Shown piece after piece: positions 12,401 to 30,085 of a stretch of 64,000 bases of DNA (its first letter is position 1; each line of letters starts with the position of its first letter). The notes beneath the pieces are model-generated. The model was not told the origin of the DNA. It made no database searches and was given only the letters and a program-made list of their open reading frames with translations. Position numbers and translations under genes: made by a program. The stretch covers positions 5,112-69,111 of the forward strand of contig LWCA01000038.1 of assembly GCA_001642005.1 (NCBI GenBank), in the 5' to 3' direction. The DNA is from Intoshia linei. Its lineage: Eukaryota > Animalia > Orthonectida.

Positions 12401-15400
12401 CCAATAAATCCACCTAAAAAATTGAGTAAATTTACTTTATATATCAACCTGCTCCGATTATAGATAGCATTTGTGTCAACAATGCAGCACTCGGTTGAAC
12501 TAAAGCCATAGTCGCCATTAATCCTGAAGATACTCCAATTAACCCTAGAGCGTTCCCTAAAATACAAAATAAACATAATGCATTTGCAAAACTATACCAG
12601 ATCTCGCAGTTTTTTGAGATGACAACCCATTAATAGCTCCAATACAACTAAGTGCCGAAGCTAAATATACCATTTGATGTAAATTAGAAGAAACTAATGA
12701 GTCATTCATTAACGTCCAACCATAACCTCCAAGCAATGTAGCTGCTGGAGCCAACAACAAATAATTGTATTCACTAGGCGAACCTATTCATTTTTATAAT
12801 AAACATTATAACATCCAACCCTGTCTCTTAAACATGTTCAACATTCTTTGCGTGATTGTAAATCCACCACCAATATTTATAGCAGAAACAAATGTAGCCA
12901 ATGCAGCAAGATATTGAATTGTATTTTCAGGATAATAACCACCTCCCATCAACATTAACCCAGCAGCGGCGGTTAAACCTGAAATTGCATTAGTTACAGA
13001 CATGAGTGGTGAATGTAGTGCAGGAGTAACTCCCCATACAGTGTGGTATCCAACTAAAGAAGACAATCCCAACGTTCCCACCATTGATGTAAATGCTGGG
13101 TTTGGTGACACAACGCCCAAGGCCAAAGCTGTACTGGCACCAGTAGTATACATAAGTGATCTGTTTACAGATTTTTTTAAATTTACAGATATCAGATTGT
13201 TTTTAATCTCTTTTTTATGTTCAATTGCAATTTTTTGTGGTTTTGGAGATGGATTTGGTAATTGAGGAGGCGGCCATAATAATTTACCCTATATTGAAAT
13301 GAGAATATAAAAATAAAAAATATACATCATGTAAAACAGTACAGCCGCGAATAATTTCGTCTTTTAAATTTATTGAAAAATTTTTTTCTTTGTCGACTAA
13401 AATTAACATAAAAATCATGTATAATAGTGTATAATCAATTTCAACAATTACCCCTTTTAAAATTATAATATTAAATATAGATGCTTATTTTAACTAACAC
13501 GTAAAATGCACATCAGATGTGGGGAATTCCCACTGTGGATCCTCATGACCGCCTCAGGTTGTTTTTAAGAATATATTCATAAAACACATTTGAATTATAA
13601 ATTTTAATAAAATAAATATTTAATTTAAATTTGAAATTAAAAAAATAATTGTTTTCATGATTAATCATTATTTTTTGAGGAAAATGAAGTATTTTAGTGT
13701 TTTTTCATGATTTTAAATATATAAAACAAAGAAACTAATGATACAAAAAAACTACTCAACTCTCACGAATCTGCATAATTTTACATATCGTCACATTTTT
13801 ATGAAAATTAATCGATTAAAACAAACACAATTCAATTTTTAACTCGGCTTTTAAAGAGTTCATATTACTTTTTTTCATTAAAATGTATTTAATACGTTAT
13901 TGATGTTAATTAAGAAATATAGAAATTTGCGTACGAAAACCATAAAAAGGCTAAATCAGTGGTTCTCAACATTTTATACTTCGACCCCCTTATTAACAAA
14001 AAAAATTTTCGCGATCCCTCTATTTATTACGGACAAACGAAATTTTTTTCGTATATCTTAAATATTAACATAACTTAATTCCATTGATCAATTCTTGTAT
14101 GATAAAAAATTTTTCGAATGAGTTTAAAATAAATTTATTATATTACATATTTTTAAATTATAGTCAAATCTTTTCAACCTTAAAAAAAATTATGTCTAAT
14201 GACTAAAAATATAAAATTACTTTAAATTAAGATAAATTTGCCTCTTTAACATTTCTTTACTATCATTTACTAATTCTTTAATTTTTACCGGAAACCCAGA
14301 TTTTGACCCAAACATAGGTCAAATTATATATATATATTATTTATTATATTATTAATTATTAATAAGGGCATTAATATTATGATATATAGGTTGAATAGGT
14401 GCACCATCAGTACAAACAGCGCATATATTGTTCCCATTTAAATTTCTTTTAATAAAGACATCAATTTTTTATAAATATAAATTGTTTTTGTATTTGTAAG
14501 AGAGTTACAAAATAATATTCTTCCTTAATTTCATTGAAATGAATATACCTCACAAAAAAATAAAACTAAACAATCAAATAATTTATAAAAAATTGCGACC
14601 CCTAAAGGCCGCAATCCGTTTTTTCTGTAATTTTTTATAATAATATATTTTCTATGGATTTTTAAGTACTCTCTTTAGCGTGGTATATGTATTTTCAACA
14701 AAAATCATTATTAGTAAAAAACGAACAGCCCTAATATATACCTTGTTCTAGAAGACTTAATGATAGTCTCATCCTTGGAATTAATTAAAAAATCTTGGTG
14801 GACAGGTTGAAAAACCTCTATTAATAACAATATATTGCGATGTTTTTTAAAATTTTTAAAAAATTTCGGCAATTTTTTGACTGACCCATCGTGTCCGTTA
14901 ACTTAAAGTTTTCCCACCATTAAAATTTTTAAATTCAAATTTATAAATGTTTTTTTCGTAATTATGATTATTAGCTTTTAAATTTTCAAAAATATCGAAA
15001 TATTATGTTTTGTTTGTGGTTATTACCATTCGAGCGTCATATTTGGATATGATTAGTTAATCACCAACCCAGACGAGAACCTACTGTACTCTGAGATTCT
15101 CTTTGGAACCTCGACAAATTCTTGTAAATTGGTAGGTCTTTTTCAAAATTGAACATTAAAAATAATAATATTCTTGAATATCATAACTATTTTGTGTGTT
15201 AATTGAAAATATCAAATTAAGACTATTAAAGGTGTGACTATGGCTATATTACACTACGTGGTGTTTGAGAAAAAATTTTGGCTAGCTTGGTAGGTACGCC
15301 TCAGCACCAACATACTGCTGGAATTGTTGTATATTTTATATGTATTTAATTTACACGATTTAACCATTCATTAACCATAATATAGATTTATAAAATAAAA

Positions 15401-18400
15401 TCATAATGAAAAATTTTATCAATGCAATACACACTCTCCTATTTCAAGTGCACGTAATTATAATTTTTGGAATATATTTATATCATACCAAACATATTTA
15501 ATAAATTGGAAATTGTATTGGAATATAAATGAGAGCTTTGTCTAGGCAAACGACTTGGAAAATCAATTATTCCAATGTGCGTAACACCCGAATATTTATA
15601 AATTTCGTTCCGTTTTGTTGTTTCAATGTTTCCTCCAGCATCAGCTGCTAAATCAACTACAACAGAGCCATTTTTCATAGATTCAATCATTTTCTAAAAT
15701 TTTAAATATACACGTGTCGCCCTCATGGTTCAACAAGTGACAACATTTGGTCAGGTTTTCAATTAATGTAATTAATTGATTGATTTGAACACATTATTAA
15801 TCAATAATTAAAGAAAGTTTAAAACAGTGCTCCCAAAGCGGTCCGCGGCGCGGTTTTATTGGAGTCACTGATGGATATAGGTACACAGTTTAGTATTAAA
15901 ATGCAGAATGCGCTTCGTGGAAATTTTTTTGGAAAATATTTCAATAGAAATACAATAAATATTACAATTATAATTATTAAATTTAAAATTATCGTTTTAT
16001 AAAATTTTGTCTAGTAATATAATTTTTGTAAGTCTAAATTTTAAAATTTAATAAATTTTATAGTAAATTACCAATCTGTGATGAAGAAATTATGGGAACC
16101 CCGATTTAATCTGTACGAAATATAATTCATTAATATAAAATTTTTGGGATCCACCATTTTGTCACATGATTTAGATTTAAAGTTTAGACAGCCGGATGCA
16201 ACATTAAAATATTTACGGGTGTATGAAATGTCACTAGTTTATATAATAAATTTAAATGTTATCAAAAATAAATGTAAATTTTTAATAATACATCATACAA
16301 ATATTGTACTAGAATACTAATGAACCATTAAGAACAAGAATTCAATTGTATACTATTAACCTTCCATAAAAAAATAAAAATAATGTGATTAATTTGATAT
16401 TATTATTGTATTAAAATCCTTACTTACATAAAATATTTAGTTAAAAATTCTATATTTCTATTACAGTTTTTTGAGTGATGTTTTATCTCTATAATGCAAA
16501 TTTCATTTTTAGAAATTGAGTCCTTTAAGTTCAAAATCCCCATCATCCTTTTTTTTTAAATTCAAACCAATCCTAGAATTATAAACAATATGATCAAGAT
16601 TTTAAAATCATCAACATTATGATAAATTTCAAAATCTTGTATCTTCACTATCAAAACCACAAATTACTTTTTTTTTAAATGAAAGTTCAGAAAGATGTGG
16701 GATAGGTTTTAAAATTATGATCAATATCATAAATAATAACCTAAAAAGGTAATTTTCACGGTCAAAAACCCAGATTACATTTTTTTTAAAAATGAAAACA
16801 ATCCTAGAATTTTAAAAAAATTTCAAATGATACATGTATATCCTGTTAACAAAAAATTTGAAATAATTAACGGTCCTACAATTAAAAAAAAGATTTTTTT
16901 TGATACAGCTTATTCCAATTGATATATATACAAAATTTCAACGCCAGAAATCTACAAATCTATAAAAATTGACAATGTAAATATTGATCTTACAATTTCA
17001 AAAAAAATGTGCATTGAACGTCTCCACATTTCTAATAAAGAGATTTGGGTGGATATATCATAAATTGATTCCTTCAGTTTTTTTCATTGCTACACAATTT
17101 TTTATTTTCAAAAATTTTAAAATCACGACGCATGGAAAATTCAAAAATGTAATTTTTTTAATCAAGAGTAACACAGGTAGACATTCAATTTTATATACAA
17201 AAATAATTATTTTGTAAGTAAGGATTAATGCATGCAACACAAAATTTGATTTTATCTTGAATTCGAGTTATTCATATGTCAATAAAATATATACAGTATT
17301 TCTCTCTCTAATTCGCCATTTTTGGAACTTGACATAATTTTTGGGCTGTAGAGAAACAATAACCGCAGAAACCCATATACACATGTAATATTAATTATTA
17401 TTTAAATTTTTTTGATACTTTGACCTTGGCCCCTGTAAATTTTCCAAAAATACGTTAATACATTGTAGACTCTACAATGCTTCTCATAAGGATGACTGGT
17501 CACCCAAAGGGTTGAATAATTTTATTAGGGGGTCAATACGAAAATTTTAGATGATTGTAGACAAATTAAAAATTTTAACATATTTCATTCAATCATTCAA
17601 TTTAAAATCTTATGAGAAAAAACCAACATTTTACCAATCCATAAGGAAAAAACTCTCTTTTACCAATATTTTTTTGAAAAATCCCATTTTACCAAACTTT
17701 TAGAACAAAAACCACTCTATCTAATCGGGAGCCGTTTTAAGACATGGGTAATATGGGCTGTAGCCCAGGATCACTCATTAAAAAAGGCCTCAAAATTAAT
17801 AAAAGTACTTCACACTTATATCTTAAAAAGAGACCCAATTTATTAAAAAATACTTCAGATTTATATCTTAAGAAGCAGTTTATAAGTTTTAAAGTGTGGG
17901 AATTCAAATAGCTAGAAAGAAAATAGTTTAAAGAATCAAAGTTCTGGTAAATTATTCAATTTAAAATATATTCTACAATATTCATCATATAATATTGACA
18001 TAAAAACTGTTTCAAATAATAATATTAAACATTAAAACCTTTCTTATAAGTGAATATTCAAAAAAGAAAATCTTTGATTTTCTCTTATTAATTTTCAAAA
18101 AAGGGGCCCTAATTTTTTTTTATCGCTTCGCTCAAAACTTTAAAAGGGCCTCCGCCCCTTTGCTTAGCCCAGAGCCACGAATTAACTTAAAACGGCTCTG
18201 ATCTGATCCGATAAGAAAAAATCTAATTTTACCAAACTTAAATAAAAAAACCCATTTTACGAACGTTTTAGGACAAAAACCACTCTATCTGATCCCAAAA
18301 AAACTCTACAGTGTAGAGCAGTGATTCCCAACCTGTGGCTAATTTCATATTTTCATGGGTAATCGCAAAATTTAATGAAAAATAAGAATTTTTTTATTTT

Positions 18401-19959
18401 TTTACGCGCATGCACAGTGATGTATAAAATATAATTTTGACATTAAAAAAATAAAAAAAAGTTTCCCTTTTTTTTAAATAAAATCAGCCCTATAAAATAA
18501 ATAAATGATTTTATTTTATAAAATTAGCTTTTTTTTATGTTATGTTATGTATTATGTTAAAAATTTGTATGGCTTATTCTAAATAAACCTGAGCATCCAA
18601 TATGCAGTTAAAAAATATTGTGGGTAATATCAAAATAAGTATAATTGTACTCTAATATGGGTAGTAAAAAAGGTTGGAAAACACTGGTGTAGAGTATCGA
18701 CGAACTAAGGAACTTTCCAATTATAGAGAGAATTTTATATAATATAGAAGCCCTTGGTAGAGCTAAATACTGTTTGTACGCATTACGAAACATTTAACAT
18801 ACAGTTTAAAGTAAAATTGAAATACGTCAAGTCAATAATTCCAAAGATTTCTACAGTGAGAAAACATGGACAATAGACATGTAACATTAAAACTGAAATA
18901 TCCAACCTTTGTTATAAGCAACGGAGCTGATTGACCAGGAATTAAAGCAGTAGTTATAATCATATCAACATCTTTAGCTTGTTTTTCGAATAAAGCCAAT
19001 TCTGCTTGATGAAATTCGTCCGACATTTTTTTAGCATATCCACCACCTCCTTCACCAGCTTCCTAATTGCCTTAAAATAATAAATTGACAAATTAACCTT
19101 AATAGAAACTGTCAAAAACTCTGCCCCCATAGATTCAACTTGTTCTTTAACTTCGGCTCGTGTATCAAACACTCTAACAATCGCTCCCAGATTTTTGGCG
19201 GTAGCAGTAGCAGATAACCCAGCGACACCACCACCTACTACTAGGACCTAATTTTTAAAATTACCTACATAAAAACCGAATGAATAAATACTTTAGCCGG
19301 CGGTATATTCCCTGCCGCAGTTATCTGTCCTAAATATAAAATAATAAGATTATCCGATATACATGTATTAAAAAATAGATACCGCCAAAAAATCTTCCAA
19401 AATAGTTGGATGCGTCAATAACCGCCCTATACCCGCCAATATTTCCCATAGCACTCAAAGCATCTACAGATTGAGCTCTAGTGATTCTGGGTATACAATC
19501 CATACCAAAAAGATTAATATTTTTTTCTTTGAGTTTTTCAATAATTTGTGTATTTTTAGATGGATAGGCAAAGCAAAAAATGTTTGATTTATTTTTCATT
19601 TTGGAAATTTCTTCAATTGTAGGTATTTGCATTTTTAATAGAATGTCACTCTGTAAAACTTGATCATTAGGCAAAATTTTGCTACCGGCAGATTCATATT
19701 CCTTGTCCGAATAACTGGCATGTTCACCAGCATTCGTACTAACTACAACGTGATAACCCAGATCAATCAACTTTTTAACATGATCCGGTATTAAGGAAAC
19801 TCTTTTTTCAGTTTCAGAATACTGTGAATCTTTAGTTACTCCAATAGTTAATGATTTAATTGGTACTTTTAAATCATTGCTTTGACTCAAATATGATTTT
19901 TGGAATTTTTTGTAATTTTTACAAAAATTGGACAAAGTTTTACCTCTAATACAATACAT
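9473..19959 (-). CDS. NNT: NAD(P) transhydrogenase, mitochondrial (fused dI-dII-dIII), multi-exon
   Basis: dI motifs ([60 protein letters not shown]), dII ([43 protein letters not shown]), dIII ([60 protein letters not shown]). The introns I traced are GT-AG and join in frame. TGA at 9473-9475. Confidence 0.97.
9979..10487 (-). mobile_element. pogo/Tigger-derived non-autonomous DNA transposon in an NNT intron
   Basis: 24-bp TIRs (cagtaaactatgtgttataagaac / gttcttataacgcatagtttactg, 1 mismatch) flanked by TA on both sides. Internal ORF 10140-10346 reads [34 protein letters not shown], similar to the Tigger DDE motif PxNTTxxxQPLDxGIIxxxKxxYRK. Confidence 0.85.
11629..12032. mobile_element. hAT-type MITE in an NNT intron
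   Basis: Termini cagaggcgttttaag / cttaatacggctctg, with a perfect 8-bp TSD CATGTAAT (11621-28, 12033-40). A second copy lies at 17727-18200. Confidence 0.85.
13957..14620 (-). mobile_element. hAT/Buster element remnant with transposase fragments
   Basis: Begins cagtggttctcaac. The minus strand at ~14380-14570 encodes frameshifted [14 protein letters not shown] and [11 protein letters not shown], motifs of Buster/Charlie-type transposases. The right end is approximate. Confidence 0.65.
16417..17223 (+). mobile_element. Non-autonomous Helitron-family fragments
   Basis: Starts a|TCCTTACTTACATA and the body is homologous to 28296-29200 and 35404-36350. An opposite-strand 5' end (gtaagtaagga) sits at ~17213-17223. 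Confidence 0.6.
17727..18200. mobile_element. hAT-type MITE (same family as 11629-12032) inserted into a 29-bp repeat array
   Basis: Near-identical to 11629-12032 over several hundred bp. Flanks ATCTAATC / ATCTGATC form a 7/8 TSD. Confidence 0.8.
18319..18686. mobile_element. hAT/Buster MITE
   Basis: TIRs cagtgattcccaacct / aggttggaaaacactg, with a perfect 8-bp TSD GTGTAGAG that has the central TA typical of Buster targets. Confidence 0.85.
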
Positions 19960-20158
19960 GTCTAATTTGTGAAACTATCGCAATATTCACTGATAATTTT
20001 CAAGATTTATAGAAATTCTTGCTTTGATACAATGTCAAATTTTTAACTTCATTAACCTTGTAAAAACTTGGAAACTAACATTTATTGGATAATCATTGAA
20101 AAGTTGTATTACATTTTATTGTGTACATTTGTTGAACTGCCAATATCTGCATCTCAAT
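19960..20158. promoter_or_regulatory. Putative bidirectional promoter shared by NNT and IDH2
   Basis: Only 199 bp separate the two divergent predicted ATGs (19959 on -, 20159 on +). No repeat is recognisable inside. The TSSs are not observable from sequence. Confidence 0.6.
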
Positions 20159-26698
<6,540 letters not shown>

Positions 26699-26967
26699 TC
26701 AATTTTAATAATCAACAATAATTCAATCATAATATTGTCTAATTTTAATTAATAAAATTATTTTAATTTTATTCAAATTTTAAAAATTATTACAAGAATG
26801 TACTTTTAATACAATAATTGCATGTTCATATTTTACCGAGTTTATTGAAATGTATATGCCAAATTTCGAACTTACTGTAGCATTTTTATCAACTTTATAC
26901 GTTTTTTTTTTTAATAAATTTTGTAAAATATACATGAAGAATTTATTTAAATGTATATTTTTTAAAT

Positions 26968-28075
26968 TTAAACTAAATTTCTCGTTACGACATCCATTTC
27001 GTTGTTTAGAGTAATATTGGATAATTCAAATTTTTTTTTTTTATAATTTTTTAAAGTGTAATTATTTCGGTATAACCGCACAGATGCAACCAAGTAATTA
27101 ATTTCATTAAATATTTCCAATGCTGTTATGAAATAATGATTTAGGTAGGTAAACGTTTTCTAAAATAAATATATTACAGTAACTGGGAAGCCAATCTTTA
27201 TATTTTTTCATACTCTTTACATCACTTAAAAATAAAAATTCCCAGAAATGCTTAAAAAATACATGTTCCCAGTTTCATCCGTATTTTATGATTATAAAAT
27301 ATTAAAACAGATAAATGTAAATGTATGATTAAAATAAATAAATACAAATATTACAAAATAATAGAGGTAATCGTAAACTTCCTGGATAAATCTAACACAT
27401 AATAAACAATTTACAAAAGAAGATGAAATAATATGTAAATGTGCACTGTTATATTGATCAAATTTCTAAATTAATGTATTAAAAATGAATCAACGTTTAT
27501 TACCATCTGTAACCAGTAATAATAAAATATTAAATAAACGAGAACTATATCGATGGATCCTTTTATGACATTAATCACTTCAAATTGGCTAAATGAATCT
27601 AAAATGACATTAATTTAATGCCAGGTAGTCAAACTTTGCGTTGGATCAAAAATATTTTTTTATCATGACTAATTATAATAATATTTTAGTATTGCAAAAA
27701 AAAACTGTCCCAGTAGGTATGATGTATGATTTTCAATTTAGAAAGATAAAAGTATCCATTAAACATATCAAGGTGACAACCAGGGTTTCCATTTTCTAGT
27801 TTTACAATACCTTCATATTTTGCCTCATACACGTAACTACTTTATGGCGATGTAGTAGATGGGCGTTTATCAAGACTTGCTTACGAAAATGATTAATGTA
27901 GAAGATGTTAAAATGGCATATGAAAACTGTTTTAAAATAAATTAATACCGGCTAGTATATTGCTTGTTAGTCCAATAATTGATACCAATATGCCACATAT
28001 TCTAATGCACTACTTAGTTGATTAGTTAAATATATAATTTATTACCAATAATATTAAATTAAACTTGTAGTCCAT
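26968..28075 (-). pseudogene. Divergent or degenerate multipass membrane protein gene (possibly GPCR-like)
   Basis: Exon-like blocks bounded by short GT-AG introns: MDYKFNLILL|CIRICGILVSIIGLTSNILA; ..GNPGCHLDMF..; EVINVIKGSIDIVLVYLIFYYYWLQM|KFDQ..HIISSSFVNCLLCVRFIQEVY; YLNHYFITALEIFNEINYLVASVRLYR..RNLV*. I could not join all blocks into a single frame. Confidence 0.35.
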
Positions 28076-28295
28076 ATTTACTTCATTGTTGACATTGGGA
28101 ATTTATTTTTTTACATACTACGTTTTACAGATTTACAGGTATTGTACTAACAGGGACCAAGATGTGGGTCATTATATAATAAAAACTATTGTAATTAATT
28201 GACTGTTATGTTCTTTGACTGGTGGGACGTTTCTATATATATTTTAACATTTTTATCATCATTAATTATATTCATTTACAGTTAATTTATTAATA

Positions 28296-29200
28296 TCCTT
28301 ACTTATATAAAGTAAATTAGTTAAAAATGTATGTCTATTTGTTTGTCTGTTCCAGTTTATTTAAGAAAGTAAGAGGAGCCGAGTTTTAAAAATTCCATAT
28401 TTCTATTACAGTTTTTCGAGAATGTTGTTTTATCGCAAATTTCATTTTGAGAAGTTGAATCTTTCAAGGTCAAAAACCCAATCTTCCTTTTTTTAAATTC
28501 AAAATAGTCCCATAATTATAAGAAATATACAATCTGATCACGATTTTAAAATCATCAACATTATCATTATTTTCAATTTCAAAATCTTATGTCTTTACGG
28601 TCAAAACCACAACTTATCCTTTTTTGTAAAAATTAAAAAAAATCATAAGCATTATCATAAATGGTAACCTCAAAAAAGATAATTTTCACGATCAAAATCA
28701 GATTAATTTTTTTTAAAAATTAAACTATCCCTAGAAATTAAAAAAAATTAAAAATGATAGTTATATCCTGTTAATACACACAAAAAAATTTCAATCTGAA
28801 AAAGCGACGTCTTCACGGTCAAAAACGCACTTTTATTTTTTATTCATTTTTTTATTTTGAAACTATTTTATTAAAATGCAAAATTTGAAATAATTAATAA
28901 TCCTACAATTAAAAAAAATTATTCTGATATAGCTTATTCCAGTTGATATAAATACATAATTTTAACCTGAAAAATCTACGCATTTCGGTTAAAAATAATT
29001 TTTAATACATTATCAACCAATATTTTTCAAATATTTCGATTAAAATAAAAATGAAAATGCAAATTCATCCTACAAGTTCAAAAAAATGTGTATTGAACGT
29101 CTACACATTTCTAATAAAAAAGTATGAGTGGAAAAAGTATATAATTGAATTGTATTCAGATTTTTCATTTTCAAATATCATTTCAAAAAGTTTAAAATCA
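28296..29200 (+). mobile_element. Non-autonomous Helitron-family copy with internal degenerate ~100-130 bp repeats
   Basis: a|TCCTTACTTATATA start and a recurring (c)acggtcaaaaacc motif. Highly similar to 35404-36350 and to minus-strand copies at ~25300-25728, 45960-46620 and 48760-49083. The right end is approximate. Confidence 0.65.
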
Positions 29201-29489
29201 CTTTATACTGAATTTTAGTTTAAAACTACAACAACGAACTACAAAGTACAACTTTGTTGTTTTATGGATTTTGCCGTGAATTTACTGAATGTGACAATTT
29301 TGCGAGTTTAAAATGTATCTTACTTTTTGAAATGGAAAAAACTGACTTATATAAATATTGTTTTTAAAATTTCTGGAAATGTCAGTTTTCTAAATAAGTG
29401 GTTACACACAAAAATATATTTTTAGCAAGTTTAACTTTATAGAATTGTAATTAAAAATTTATTAATTAAATTAAATGATTAATTTATAA

Positions 29490-29893
29490 GGAGAACATTC
29501 TTAAATTCAACTATTTTTACTAAAATGCAACCATTTTTACTAAAAATCTACTTTTACCAACCTTAAAGGAAAAAATTCATTTTCACAAACCCTTAAGTGA
29601 AAATTTCAGTTTTACCAACCCTTAAGTGAAAACTCCACTTTTACCTACCCTTAAGGTAAAAATGTAGTTTTACCAACCCTTAAGAGATTAATCCACTCTT
29701 ACAAACCCTAAAACTAATTTTTTTAATTTTAGAGTTGGTAAGACTGAATTTTTCCCTTAATGGTAGGTAAAAGTGGAATTTTGCCTAAAGAGTTGGTAAA
29801 ATTGGGTTTTTCCATTAAAGGTTGTTCAATTTTGATTTTTAGTAAAAATGATTGGATTTAAGTAAAAATGGTTAAATTTAATAATAGTAGACA
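29490..29893. repeat. Foldback-like element with arms built from ~29-bp tandem units (tttaccaacccttaag..)
   Basis: Units recur at 29611, 29640 and 29669, then in inverted orientation at 29730-29830. The ends are inverted (caaccatttttactaaaaatc / gatttttagtaaaaatgattgg). Copies or arrays at ~1045-1680, 3940-4180, 17600-18300, 24050-24205, 49805-50230 and 55520-55770. Confidence 0.75.
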
Positions 29894-30085
29894 CACATTT
29901 ATAAGTAAGAATTAAAGTAATAATATGAGCTGTGATTTCTACGGTTAAGTGTTTCTCTATATCGTCTAATTTTCTACTGTGCCAAAATTATGCGAAATTT
30001 CAACATTGGCCGTATAAACAAAAACGTACATTAAATAATACATGTTGCGTTGAATATAAATTTACAAAAATAAAAAAAACAAAAT

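Noticed and set aside
9694-13265. Plus-strand ORFs 9694-9906, 12245-12463, 13002-13265 (also 280-489, 4986-5264, 30031-30270, 30940-31206, 52156-52390, 60100-60300)
   Set aside because: They are antisense shadows of real exons on the opposite strand.
29550-29830. Regular ~29-bp repeats that superficially resemble a CRISPR array
   Set aside because: The units are contiguous degenerate tandem copies without unique spacers, there are no cas genes, and the context is eukaryotic.
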